In this document: positions 40,535 to 51,941 of the stretch, in pieces
Position numbering within the stretch: position 1 is the first letter of the stretch
Layout: each line of letters begins with the position of its first letter
Assembly: GCF_001194135.2 (NCBI RefSeq)
Contig: NC_068998.1
Location: 16,978,848 to 17,042,847, forward strand
DNA length: 64,000 nt
Direction of reading: 5' to 3'
Source of the DNA: Octopus bimaculoides
Lineage: Eukaryota
Notes under the pieces: generated by a model
What the model saw: only the letters and a program-made list of their open reading frames with translations
Told to the model about the DNA's origin: nothing
The model's database searches: none
Program-made: the position numbers and the translations under genes

Positions 40535-40541
40535 TTCTCTT

Positions 40542-40574
<33 letters not shown>

Positions 40575-43500
40575 GGTTCTGTTTCAGTTATAATGTTTGG
40601 ATTAGTCAATTAGTCAACCTATTTAACTAAGTAACGGTTTGATTAATTGTTCGGTCAAACATTCAATCAGTTATGTTTGTCACTTCTTTTATCACCATTT
40701 GTGACTTCATCAACGACACACCCTCTCTTCAAGTCTGTTCAGTTAATCAAATAATCAGACATTCAATTAGTTAACTAATTTCCTAAATAATAATGATTAT
40801 AAGTGAAATAGAATCAGTGTATGTGTTTATAATTGGCATAATGACCGTCCCAACATGGATAAAAATTCATTTCAACAAATGATCTCATATTAAAAATCTT
40901 GCTAACCAAATACAAAAAAAAAAAACAATGTTTTATGACTTTCTATTGTAATGTATTATTTATTTTGAGTTTTCCCTTATTTCAGGTATGATTGGCTATG
41001 GAATGGCAAAGGCTGCTGTACATCAATTGACCAAAAGTTTGGCTGGTGACAAAAGTGGACTCCCTTCTCGTGCTGTAGCTCTGGCCACCTTACCGTAAGT
41101 TTTGACTGATCACTTCATTGGAACAATTTCTTGCGATATTCTTGTAATAAAGATTACATATTCTAAAAGGTCTATCCTCTTTACAACATTAATTATCATC
41201 ATCATTATTGTTGTTGCCGTTTTGTTTTAAATTTACTTTCTCCATAGTGGCCTGGGTTGGATGAAACTCTTTGAGACAGTATTCTACAATTGACCCTTGT
41301 TTACTTAGAAGTAGCCTTCAGTTGTCAAACCACTGTATATATATATATTTTTGTTTTGCAAGGTCTGTACATTTCTGCTGAGAATACAAGCACGCGCACA
41401 CGCACACACACACACACACACGTATATGTGTGTGTGTGTGTGTGTTTGTATATTTTGTTTGTCATTAGTGGTTGGGACAGGGGCACCACCTTGGAAGAAT
41501 ATTTAGTTGAATGAACTAACCTCAATACTAATTTTTTCAAGACTGATACTTAATCTATTGAGGTCATTTGCTGAACCACTAAGCTACAGGGATGTAAACA
41601 CACCAACACTGGTTGTCAAGTGGTGGTGGGAGACAAAGGGGGGACAACTTTGAAAATGTTTTGTCTTGCCATTATCATATTAGTATCGCGCTTTGCAGTA
41701 AACGTATTGGTCCTTAGGCTCTAACAAAGAATCAATGCTGATGTCACTTAATAGTGAAACAATTCTGTTGTGATTTGGCTACCCTCGCAGTCACAAGTCA
41801 CACGTAAATCATACAGATCAACAGTGTATTTGTTGAGTTCCTGCTTTTGTTTTCTTTTTGTATCTCGTGCTTTGATATCCCCCATGTCTTGGTCCCTTGT
41901 AGCCAATAAAAGAAATCATATTCGTTATAAAGGTGGTGAGCTGACAGTCAGCATGCCAAAGAAAATGCTTAGGTATCTCTTTTAGCTTTATGTTCTGAGT
42001 TCAAATTCCACCGAGTTTGACTTTGTCTTTTATCCTTTCTCTTGAGTACTGGGGATCGATGTAATCGACTTGTCCCGTTTCAAAATATCAAGCCTTATGC
42101 CTAAAGTACAAAGTGTGTAAGAATAAAAACTCCGTAAACAAGGATTATAAGATATAACAATCCTTCTTATTTACGGAGTTTTTATTACACCATTAATCAT
42201 AACTCCAAGTACTAAAGAAGCATTGATTATACAGTGTTATCTCCCTTACATTTTCCCTATAAATATTGAACTGCAGACGTTTATTGTGTATATTGATCAA
42301 TCAAATCGTGAGCACTACTTCTATTCCCCTGAACTAAGTTGATATTTAAAAACAGGAATCTATATCTGTTGGTGTACAATAATCGAATTGTTTTAAAAAT
42401 TAAATAATTCTGATCTCAGAATTATTTAATTTCTAAGTAATTATCTTTTTGTTCTACGGCAACAAATATACTTTTCTGTTGTATTTTACGGAACGATTTG
42501 TTTTGTTACTAGTTCGATGAGTTATGTTGAATTTTAAAATAGTCCTTTCCAGTACAGACATGAGACCTGAAATTTTGTGGATGGACGCTAGTGAAATATA
42601 TCGACCGCATTACTCAACTGGTATTTATCGACCCCGAAAGGATGCAAGGAAAAGTCGACATCGGCGGAATTTGAAATGAGAACATATAGGCGGAATAAAC
42701 GATTCTTCCTGTTTGTCGCTTTTGTTGAAGTTAAAATAAGGACCTCATCCAGAGTTGTCCCCCGTTGTTACTCGGAAACTTGTAATAAAATATCAGTCGA
42801 TGACAGAACCTCTAAGTGGTCTCTCCAACAACTAAAAATAGCTAAATTTCCCTCATATCACAACTTGCTATCTTAAAAAAAAAAAAAAATATACATTAGA
42901 TAACGTAATTGTAGATATATTATGGCTGAAATGCAGAAAGACAGGGGAGCCAGGATTGAAGCACCTATAATCATAATTCTGTTAGCCAGAGCTGTCCAGA
43001 TGTTAAGCAGCAATAACATCCACCACAGGAATAGGCCTGTATTATATAATATAATAAGGTGGCGAGTTGGCAGAAACGTTAGCACGCCGGGGGTGAAATG
43101 CTTAGCGGTATTTCGTCTGTCTTTATGTTCTGAGTTCAAATTCGGAGTTGATAAATTAAGTACCAGTTGCGTACTGGGGGTTATCTAATCGACTGGCCCC
43201 CTCCCCCAAAATTTCGGGCCTTGTGCCTAGAATAAAAAAGAATAGACCTCATGGCAGGCCCTGTACCAGATGACTGGATGTGGTTAAGGAATACCTCCAG
43301 AGGCTCAATGTCACCTTGGAGGATGCGAAGAGGCTGGCATGGGACTTCCAGCAATGTGGGGCACTGGTGGATCTGGTCAGCTCTAAGCATGATGTCCCTG
43401 GGACCACTAACCTGGGATGACCTTAGCCCCATCAAGCAAGAGCATGAAGTAAGCAAGTTAGATCTCAGCTAACCATTCATCATCATCATCATCGTTTAAC

Positions 43501-44731
43501 GTCCGCTTTCCATGCTAGCATGGGTTGGACGATTTGACTGAGGACTGGTGAAACCAGATGGCTACACCAGGCTCCATTCTAAAAATTTAGTCACATCATC
43601 AAAATCTCAGTTATGAGATATTCTTTTACTTGTTTCAGTCATTTAACTGTGGCTATGCTGGAGCACCACCTTATAGGGTTTGTTAGTTGAAGAAATCAAC
43701 CGCAGGACTTATTCTTTGTAAGCCTAGTACTTATTCTATCAGTCTCTTTTGTCGAACCCTAAGTTACGGGGACATAAACATACCAACATTGGTTGTCAAG
43801 CGATGGTGGGGTGGTACAAACAAAGACATAAATATATGCATACACATACATGCGCGGCAGGCTTCTTTCAGTTTCCATCTACCAAATCCACTCACAAAGC
43901 TTTCGTTGGCCTGAGGCTATAGTAGAAGACACTTGCCTAAAGTGTAGTGGGACTGAACCTGGAACCATGTGGTTGGGAAGCAAGCTTCTTATCAAGTGGC
44001 CACACCTATGATAAATTCAAAACAATGTGAATAAAAAAGCATTACATTTGACAATTATTTGAATGCTTCATACATCAGATATTGTAACCCTCATCTCTTC
44101 TTAGTATTTATTTAAGCTAAACCACTTTAAGATTAAATATCATTACACAAAGAAAAAAAAAACATTTTAAAGTTATATTTTCAAATAGTTCCCAATTTGA
44201 TGTTGGTTTGTATTTTTTAAAATGAATTTAATTTTTATTCCTTCAATGTTTCATATTCATTTTTCAGTGTAGTCCTAGATACTCCAAATAACAGGAAATG
44301 GATGGCCAAAGCTGACCAAACGACTTGGACATCATTGGACTTTGTGTCTGAGTAAGTAGAGCCATTAACATTTTCACCACCATCATTCATTGGTTCATTA
44401 GCCCGTTTGTCACCTGCTAAATGTGGGGTCATGTCAGGGGTTTGTGGGTGAAATTAGGGTTTCATTCTCTATCATGGCCTGTTTATCAAAACTATATCTG
44501 CAACAACATATGAATTGAAGTCTTCTGTTTCATAACAACCATCTTTTTCACTGGTTTCAGTCATTGAACTATAGCCATGCTTGGGTACCATCAAGAAAGA
44601 TTTTTGTTGAACAAATTGACCCATGTACTCATTATTGTAAGTGTGATACTTATTCTGTTGGTCTCTTCTGTTGAACTGTGAGTTATAAGGATATAAACAA
44701 ACCAACACCTGTTTAGCAGTGTGTGGATACA

Positions 44732-44769
<38 letters not shown>

Positions 44770-45716
44770 AGGCTTCCACTCAGTTTACATCTATCAAATT
44801 CACTCAAGGCATTGGTTGGCCCAGGCTATGGTAAAAGATGCTTACTGAAGGTGATACACAATGGAATTGAAACTGAAGCCATGTGGTTGCAAAGCAAGTT
44901 TCTTAACCACACAGCCATGCCTGGTTATCTTTGGATTTGATTTTTGTAGTAAAACAGATAATTCGGGGATGACAGTTGAAGAACTGTAGTATACTTTATA
45001 ATTGTCTGTGAAACATTTGTAATAAGATAATTTTTCAGACTGTCTAACTTCACCATTTAAAGAAAAAAATTTACATTTTGGGTCCTAATTCAGTCAGTTT
45101 CAGCTCTAAACATCATCTTGTCCCATTTCTGGATGTGTACATTGTACCAGACTAGATTTGAACTAGGAACTTTTTTGTTTACTAAGAACAATGTTCGTAT
45201 CCACGAGGCTACTGATGCATGTAAATCACACAGATCATGCCAGTGGAAGCATTTTAACCTCAATCATGAGGATAACAGTTTGAAAAATTTGTTATAATTT
45301 GCAAGTTAACTTTGTATATTACCTGTGATGTATGAGTTATTATTTCAATTGTAAATGACCCTGTTACCTAAAAATTGTCACCAAAGGAGCCTCTATCTAA
45401 TCACTCTACCTGCTAGAAATGGTAACTGGATTTACATCAAATAACACCCTTCCTACCATGCTGATGGTGACACTTTGTATAGCATTGGTTTAGATATGTA
45501 ATACTTGAGGGCCAGTCATGGCTGAAGCACCTTTCGTCATTGGTCTACTCAGTCAGCTGACCTGAGGTTAAAACAACAACAACAACAATTTTAGATTTTG
45601 TATCTTTTTGTTTCAGGCTCTTCTATAAATGGTGCATGGACAAAGAACGCCCTGCCAATGGAAGCTTGGTGAAAATGGTCACCAAAGACGGGAAAACAGA
45701 CTTGGTCCTTTGCTAA
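18623..45716 (+). CDS. QDPR: Dihydropteridine reductase, complete: join(18623..18709,37541..37727,38220..38360,40986..41094,44268..44351,45617..45716), 235 aa
   Basis: Exons of 87+187+141+109+84+100 = 708 nt splice in frame with GT-AG sites. Motifs: VYGGKGALG (Rossmann), [37 protein letters not shown] (SDR YxxxK), [10 protein letters not shown] and W..L.FV.E. Ends at TAA 45714-45716. Confidence 0.97.
19174..19403. repeat. Near-perfect inverted repeat: 110-bp arms (19174-19283 / 19294-19403), 10-nt loop, 2 mismatches
   Basis: Arms compared base by base; mismatches only at 19182/19395 and 19201/19376. Confidence 0.97.
19495..19533 (+). other. Decayed minimal hammerhead ribozyme motif
   Basis: CTGATGA (19499-19505)-a-GTC-gaataa-GAC-c-GAAAC (19520-19524)-acgcc-agga. 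About three substitutions from a canonical type I minimal hammerhead. Confidence 0.5.
24534..24760. mobile_element. TTAA-flanked (piggyBac-type) MITE copy
   Basis: Starts ttaa-ctctttagcatt and ends aatgctaaagg (terminal inverted repeat). Same family as 29305-29512, 27325-27480, 36330-36420 and 63187-63368. Confidence 0.7.
24955..25445 (-). mobile_element. RTE-tail repeat (family C), long, CpG-retaining copy
   Basis: Shares catcatcgtttaa.gtccgctttccatgctagcatgggttggacgatttgactga.gactggtg with near-identical copies at 32337-32535, 43480-43580 and 52870-53180. The sense strand ends in (GAT)n. Confidence 0.8.
25800..26420 (-). mobile_element. Possible highly decayed Penelope-like reverse transcriptase relic
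   Basis: Minus-strand peptides [42 protein letters not shown] and FNNILPNII loosely resemble the C-terminal half of PLE RT. By-eye similarity only. Confidence 0.25.
29305..29512. mobile_element. TTAA-flanked (piggyBac-type) MITE copy, both ends present
   Basis: TTAA at 29305-29308 and 29509-29512; degenerate TIRs ctctccagcatt / aacgctgaaggg. Confidence 0.7.
30685..31280 (-). mobile_element. SINE family A copy spanning the first assembly gap
   Basis: 3' half at 30685-30947 is near-identical to the consensus; 5' half resumes after the gap at about 31140-31280. Confidence 0.75.
30948..31102. other. Assembly gap (N run)
   Basis: N characters. Confidence 1.
32337..32535 (-). mobile_element. RTE-tail repeat (family C) copy
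   Basis: Near-identical to 24955-25150. Confidence 0.8.
33035..33385 (+). mobile_element. SINE family A copy (left member of tail-to-tail pair)
   Basis: Matches the family A body and tail gcatggccgcagtcaaatgactgaaacaagtaaaaga. Confidence 0.8.
33400..33775 (-). mobile_element. SINE family A full copy (right member of tail-to-tail pair)
   Basis: Reverse complement of the family A consensus, including the tRNA-like head. Confidence 0.85.
34980..35320. repeat. Degenerate tandem repeat, period about 140-160 bp, about 2.3 copies
   Basis: ctctgggaa..caaa.gcc.ttttcgg..tatt recurs at 34985 and 35128, and more weakly at 35286. cttcacaattt..gtat.cata.cttatt recurs at 35074 and 35213. Confidence 0.65.
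37541..37727 (+). CDS. QDPR: QDPR exon 2 (187 nt)
   Basis: ctctttgttgcag|TGGGTT...TCTAAAG|gtaagt; encodes WVGSVD...[18 protein letters not shown]. Confidence 0.96.
37770..38060. repeat. TG/TGCA-rich low-complexity tract
   Basis: Degenerate (TG)n and (ATGC)n. Confidence 0.85.
38220..38360 (+). CDS. QDPR: QDPR exon 3 (141 nt)
   Basis: ttaattacag|ACTTC...ACACCAG|gtactg; encodes [17 protein letters not shown]...[18 protein letters not shown]. Confidence 0.96.
40371..40573. repeat. (CT)n/(CTGT)n compound microsatellite
   Basis: Direct reading. Confidence 0.95.
40986..41094 (+). CDS. QDPR: QDPR exon 4 (109 nt, catalytic YGMAK)
   Basis: ccttatttcag|GTATG...TTACC|gtaagt. Confidence 0.97.
43057..43243 (+). 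mobile_element. SINE family B copy (tRNA-derived head)
   Basis: A-box-like tggcagaaacgtt and B-box gagttcaaattc. Related copies at about 26400, 34045, 37210, 41930, 48305, 48523, 59180 and 61052. Confidence 0.85.
43253..43470 (+). mobile_element. RTE-clade LINE 3' fragment
   Basis: Reads [39 protein letters not shown], resembling the RTE C-terminal GRP..RW.D.V....L......A..R..WR..V motif. Confidence 0.7.
43620..43990 (-). mobile_element. SINE family A copy
   Basis: Reverse complement of the family A consensus. Confidence 0.8.
44268..44351 (+). CDS. QDPR: QDPR exon 5 (84 nt)
   Basis: catttttcag|TGTAGTC...TCTGA|gtaagt; encodes [27 protein letters not shown]. Confidence 0.96.
44545..44920 (-). 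mobile_element. SINE family A copy (degenerate)
   Basis: Reverse complement of the family A consensus with internal (CA)n. Confidence 0.75.
45617..45716 (+). CDS. QDPR: QDPR exon 6 coding part ([32 protein letters not shown])
   Basis: tttttgtttcag|G acceptor; resembles the DHPR C-terminal RP.SGSL..V.T..G.T; stop TAA. Confidence 0.95.
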
Positions 45717-45758
45717 ATACTACTACAGGAAAACAGGCTTGGTTCTTTGCTAAGTACT
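45691..45758 (+). repeat. 37-bp-period tandem duplication spanning the QDPR stop codon
   Basis: ggaaaacagacttggtcctttgctaaatact (45691-45721) versus ggaaaacaggcttggttctttgctaagtact (45728-45758): 28/31 identical. Confidence 0.9.
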
Positions 45759-47696
45759 GTGATGGGTTTGCTCTCAAATGGTTCACGATATAATGGAATA
45801 ACCAACATACCAGTAGCTTTACAATTATTTTCTGACAATGGAGTCTGAAAATTCTTTTCAATGATTGTGCAATGTTTGTAATTGTATGCTAGAGGAAGTC
45901 TGTTGATGTCACCTGAGTGCCTAGTTCTCATTCCCTTCATCTCCATCATACTGTTAAATGATTTTGTAAGGGATTGCATGTTAAAAATTTGCTCCTAGTC
46001 TTATCTATTTTAGTCCTATTTTACCCCTATCTAAGCAAGAGGTATCTTATATGAATTTGCCTGTAAGCTGTGAAGTGAATAGCACTGCTTCATTAGTAGA
46101 GAATCAAATGGAATATAAGGATAGAGGCATATAAGGTTGTGACTTCATATTGCTCCATGTAACTGATAGAATTCTGTATTCGTTAATGCATAACTTTATG
46201 GCAAGAATTTACAAGCTAAAGGTTCTGTTTGCCTTATAGATGATCGTATATAACAAAAGAAATTTAACCTTTTCTGTTACTATATTCCTAACTAAAATAC
46301 ATCCTCATGTGTTTCATTTCAATTCTAAAATATATTATGTAGCTTACTAAAAGACCCTAATTATATTAATGTCTTAATTTCATTCAGTTTGTTCTCCTTT
46401 TCCCTCTGTTAACAGTTTTTCATATGGACTAAGCTCTGCCATTATCATCTAAAATCACTAATTAGAATAAGCAAAAGTAAATAACCATTGAGTTTTGTGT
46501 CATGAAGATGAACGATTGAGTCTGCTTGCTTTCTTCTGAAGATTTTGGGAAAGAGATACATTTGAAAGCTTTCTTTCCCTTTCAGTCTCATTCTAGAAAC
46601 CATTACTTTTAACACTGCTGTCCAACAATGTTCGCATCGTTGGAAATTAAACTGTCTACTTCAAAGTCTACCATTTTATTCACTGCAGAGTTGCTATTAC
46701 TAAATATGAGGCTTATATAATTTTACAAAAATGGACAAATTGTTATTGAAATATGGGAAAATGATAAAAGTATCTCCAACATTTGGAAGAATTGAAATTC
46801 TTGTCCAAAAATGTTGGGCAGTGTACAGCAAGTGTTTATCTAGTGAAATCATGCCATCCATCACTTACGCAGTTAAAATATTTACATCAGAATTTTGATG
46901 TAAATTTGAGTAGGTAAATTTGGGCAATCTCAGGTACTTTGGTCTTTTATGATAATGGGTTAAGAAAAGGATTTCACTGTTGAAATATAAATTCTTCAAA
47001 GGCAACTATTTTATCTTTCCTGCTGCTAATTATTAATTCTTGTTAATTATTGGAGCTGACATTTTCAGAAACACCCCAGTAACTATATTTTCATGCTATT
47101 GTAGTTTAGTTGATCTGTTACATATTTTCTCTCACTACTTTTTTTCATACATATATGACAAAACTACTGAAAAAAAACAATTAGTGAAAATCCATGGTGG
47201 TTCACATCTAAGATTATTTCATTAAAAACAAGCTGAAAAAAGAAGAGAAAATTTTAGATTTAGAAACTTGACAGAAACAATATCTTTTAGGGGTTTGATA
47301 CAGAGATGCAATTTTGGTTTGGTTCATTAGGTCTCAAACCTTCATTAGCTATAGAACTTTATTTCTTGTTAATGAAAGTAAAGAGCTTTTCTTTTCAAAT
47401 TGGGATAAATTTTGATTTCATAAATGTTGAAGTATTTAGGTTGTCACAGTGTTACATATTTTTCAATGGTTAGTATAATCACTTGCTTTGTTTCAATTCT
47501 TGTATGTGTGTATCTATCTAAGAATGTTTGTGTACATACTACATACATAAACAATTTCTGTTCCAATTTGTCAAGAATAATTATGTGTTACATATACTTG
47601 ATAATTAATGTGCCAAAAGTGTGTTTGCAGGCATTTCTTCTTTGTGCTTCTTCAGCATATTATTATTATTAGTTGATAAATAGTTTACTGTGGAGT

Positions 47697-47702
47697 AATA
47701 AA
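47697..47702 (+). terminator. Candidate QDPR polyadenylation signal AATAAA
   Basis: Canonical hexamer followed by T/GT-rich sequence within the repeat-poor stretch 45717-48300. Site usage is not shown. Confidence 0.3.
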
Positions 47703-48304
47703 ACATTGTTGCTTTGTGTAATTAGTAATTTAGTTCTTGCAATTCTGGGCATTAAAAAGAAAATGTCCTATATTTGAAATACAAAGCTGGAATACTGATG
47801 TTTGAATTAACTCCACTGTCCCAACAAACAATAATTTGAAAGATCATAAAAAAAATTCTCACACTATTGAAGAGACATGATCATTTGCAAGAGAAACATT
47901 TATGTTATTCTTTCAGAATTATTTTTATGAGCTCTGGTGTTATATATAAAAATAACATCAAAAATATTATAGACTTCACATTCTATTTTTTTTTTATTTT
48001 TTTCATGTAATAAGTTTTTAAAGACAAAATTGAATATATTGTCTTCGAACCTTAATTCCGTGGAAATTCTTTTATATAATAATAATAATAATTTTTAAAA
48101 AAATGATAATTACAATTTATAAACTGTATTTCTTTTTATTGTGTACATAGTCAGTTATGTAAATGATTATGAAATTCACTTTGAGCTAGCAGTTTAGGAA
48201 AAATAATTCAAATCTTTTTTCAGTTTTTAATCATGAAAAAAAACATTGCATATCTGGCACATACATAAAGTTATTAAATATGCTAGCCATTATCATTATT
48301 ATTG

Positions 48305-48735
48305 CTAAGGTGGTGAGCTGGCACAACCGTTAGCATGCTGGGCAAAATACTTAGCATTTCATTCATCTTTATGTTCTGTGTTCAAATTCTGCCTAGGTTG
48401 ACTTTACCTTTCATCATTTTGAGGTCGATAAAATAAGTACTGGTTGAAATCCGGGGTCTATGTGATCGACTTACCCCATTCCCCAAAATTGCTGGCCTTG
48501 TGCCAAAATTTGAAACTGTTATAAGGCAGCGAGCTGGTAGAATTGTTAGCACACCAGAACAAAATGCTTGGCAGTGTTTTGTCTCTCTACATTCTGAGCT
48601 CGAATTCTGCTGGGGTCAACTTTGCCTTTTTGTCCTTTCTGGGACCGATAAAATAAGTACCAGTTGAACACTGGGGTTGATGTAATTAACTCCCAATCCC
48701 CAAATTTCAGGCCTTGTGCTTATAGTAGAAAGGGT
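48305..48735 (+). mobile_element. Two tandem SINE family B copies
   Basis: Heads at about 48305 and 48523, each with A/B boxes and the family core. Confidence 0.8.
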
Positions 48736-49104
48736 TATTAATTTTTAAAACTCTTTGTAATAAATTTATTTTAAAGAATGGTCTTTCATTTTTCTTTGAG
48801 GGCATATCCAAACCACTAACATGTTTTATTGCCCCTCTATTTTCAATATAAATTACCCTCCTAAACAATATTATACATTCCGGATTTTATATTAAATCAA
48901 GTAATTTATATTTTACATTGACTTTCAAGAAATCATTTTCTCTAACTGAAATAAAAGTCTCTTATTTATATAAAAACTCTTCATATCTTGGAAATAAATA
49001 CATATTTTTAAGAAATTGTTAATCCTTCAATGTTGAATTAATTCAAATATTTCCTCTATTTTCATTGTATGAATCCTAAATACTACTTGAAAAGAAATAG
49101 ACTG

Positions 49105-49155
<51 letters not shown>

Positions 49156-50478
49156 TATAAGTAAAACCTCTAGTTATGTTGAAAAGGGTTTTCCCTATTC
49201 TACTGTCTGTGAAGAGTTATAGATTATGCAAAATAAAAATATATAAATTGTTCTAAATTTGAAAGTTCATCACAGTCATTACTTGTATTTTTCATATAGT
49301 TGTTATTGAAAGTGTCATGATTACTGTTAACTGTGCAGTGATGTGGAGTTAGCTGTTGCAGTGAAACTGTGTAGCTTCAAAATTTGCTGTGAAAAAACGA
49401 GTGTTATTTTTATAGTTATCAAGCAAAATAATGCCTTTAAATATTGCTGTCAGTGAAAAATTTCCTGATTTATTGATATTTAGAAAAATTTTTATTATTA
49501 TGGACAAAATAAGTTTATAATATTTAATAAGGTAACACTGTAAATCCACATAACCCTGCTAAATTTGGGCATTAATTAAGTTCAATTAACTTAATATAAA
49601 TGATTTATCATTATCTAAAATAAATTTTTTTTTTTCTTTTTTTTTTTTACCTTCAAATAATTTGGCAGCTGAATTCTTAAATATTGAATATAATTTTCTT
49701 TTTCTTCAATATAACTTTATTTTTACTTGTTTCTAATTTCTGAAAATGTATAAGGTTGTTTTCAAATATTTTTAATACAATCCTTAATTTTACAATCTAA
49801 ATTACTGACAGTTGATATTTAATTTTTCACTCAATATTTTTTGTTTTACTTAATTTTTATTATTTTTCCGGAGGGACGACCATTCTTCATTATTTTGTTC
49901 AATCTGCCACTAAGATTTTATTCAAACTGATATTAAATCATGTTTTTCAAACTGCTGTTGTCTTTTTTTTTTTTAAGCATTTTTAAAATTGAAATTACAA
50001 TTATATCAAATCATAAAATCGATCAATTCACTCAGCTGTTGTTTTGTTGCTAAATGTAATTGTTCACCAATTTGATAAAATTGAAATAAGTGTGATGGTG
50101 ACTGACTTCTATAGCAAATCTTTGTCAATAAACAGTGCAGCATTGTTTCATCAAAATTAGTGTTTTTCATGTGTTCTTTCTTTCCTCATTATTTTCCTTT
50201 TTTTCCTTTTAATGACCTGTGTCAGAAACGGGTAAAAGGTACCCACTACAATACCCTTTGGAATGGTTGGCGTTAGGAAGGGCATCCAGCCATAGAAACC
50301 AAGCCAAACAAACTGGAGCCTGTACTGGCTCTCTAGTTTACTAAGTTCCAGTCAAACCATCCAACCCATGGAAAAATGGATGCTAAAAGATGATGATGGA
50401 TAAGCTTGAATGAGTGCGGAGCACATGGTCTTGGGTTCAATCTCAATGTGTAGACTTTTGGGGAAATGTCTCCCATCA

Positions 50479-51570
50479 CATGAAGGTGGGCTGAAAAGTT
50501 CATATGAAGGAGTGATGCTAGAGATCTGAAATCTTACATGCATCAATTTCAACTCTACTTTTATTCATTAAATTTGCCACAAGGGCAGTACATAGAGTAG
50601 CTGCGGGCTGGACGAAGACATTAATGAGATGAGATGAATGATGAACACGATGATATTAATGGGAGAAGACAGAAGCCGCCCGCTGAACTCTGCTTCTCTA
50701 AAACATTGTTCTTTTATAAATTAAACAAATTTACCAATTGAGGCTATAAACCTCTTACTTCACAATATCATTCCATATTAAGTCCTTGAACTGAGGCACT
50801 TGCCTCCTACACTTTTCTTTTTATGGGCCTCATGCCCCTTCGATATGAGGCACTCGTCCTCTTACACTTTACTGCCTGACCAGACTCAGTGCTTCACTCA
50901 AGCACCTCGATGGTTCTAGATCGGGTCACTTCAGCATGAAGTGGAATGCATCCTTGGGGTAGAAATCCATCACCCTGTACAAATACTTTTCCCACACAAC
51001 ATCTGCAGCCACCTGCGAAGGCCAGTCAGGGTCCTTGGTACAGGTGAGGATCCCTCCCCTCTGACCTTTCCAAGTAAACGTCTTCACAAATTCTTGGACG
51101 GCCCCTCCCTTCTGGAATAGGATTACAAATTCCTCCTCCTTACAGGGCAAGACCACAGTTTCTACTGTTGGCGGCACAATTCCCACTCTATTTCAACTCT
51201 ATTTAATAACTACATTATTCCTTTCCAAGTAAACTAACATCTGACTGTTCAAAGGAGACTTCAAAAGTAACTAGTAGTGACTTCTCTTGAAAATGGACAA
51301 AATTTGGCATTGTGGTGTTATCAAATACCTGCAGAAAAAGGGTTTAACTGGACATTCATGGTTGATACATTAGGAGATGGTGCTGCAGCTTTATCAACAA
51401 TGCAAATGTAGGCAGCTGAATTTAGGAAGGGAACAGAAAATCTTGAAGATGACCCAATGTCTGGACATATTGCAACTTCTACCACCAAGGAAAACATTGA
51501 TCATGTTCACATGGTGTAGCATGACAGGCAATTGACTATAAATCAAATAGCTAAAGCTATTAGCAATATC
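50479..51570 (+). mobile_element. Second mariner remnant (5' end plus N-terminal transposase), interrupted by a nested insertion
   Basis: TIR-like gaaggtgggctgaaaagttcata at about 50481. ATG 51293 starts decayed MDKIWH.GVIKYLQKKGL...LEDDP.SG....TT.ENID.V. Confidence 0.8.
50558..51189 (-). mobile_element. 632-bp 5'-truncated retroposed insertion with 12-bp TSD
   Basis: atttcaactcta flanks both sides (50546-50557 and 51190-51201). Minus-strand ORF is open from the insert's 5' end to the stop at 50926. AATAAA at 50561-50566 lies next to the 3' junction. Confidence 0.75.
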
Positions 51571-51885
51571 TTTTGATAGTTGATTGAGAAGGTGTAGTTG
51601 TATGATTTACTGAGTTTGGACAGTGAAATATAATGAAAGCATGTAGTTAAGTATGCAATAATTTGAGAAAAGAGGAACCCCACCCAGAGATATAGTCATA
51701 TAGGTGCTGAACTGTATCTTGAGTGTGATGTGCTGGTAGATGGCTGTTAATCTTGAAGTGTAATGAAATTCAAGTCATTGTATTGATACTGTTTTGTGTA
51801 TGGTGTGGTAGTGATGATAGTTTGCCCATTTCAAGAGAAACTGTGCACAAGTACTGATTTGATTCAGTCCTTACCCCTCCCCCCC

Positions 51886-51941
<56 letters not shown>

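Noticed and set aside
40288-40609. SL/RE-repeat ORFs
   Set aside because: Translations of a (CT)n microsatellite. The same applies to the many YI, CV and HT repeat ORFs.
49349-49549. Minus-strand ORF as the last exon of a convergent gene
   Set aside because: No polypyrimidine acceptor and no recognisable homology.
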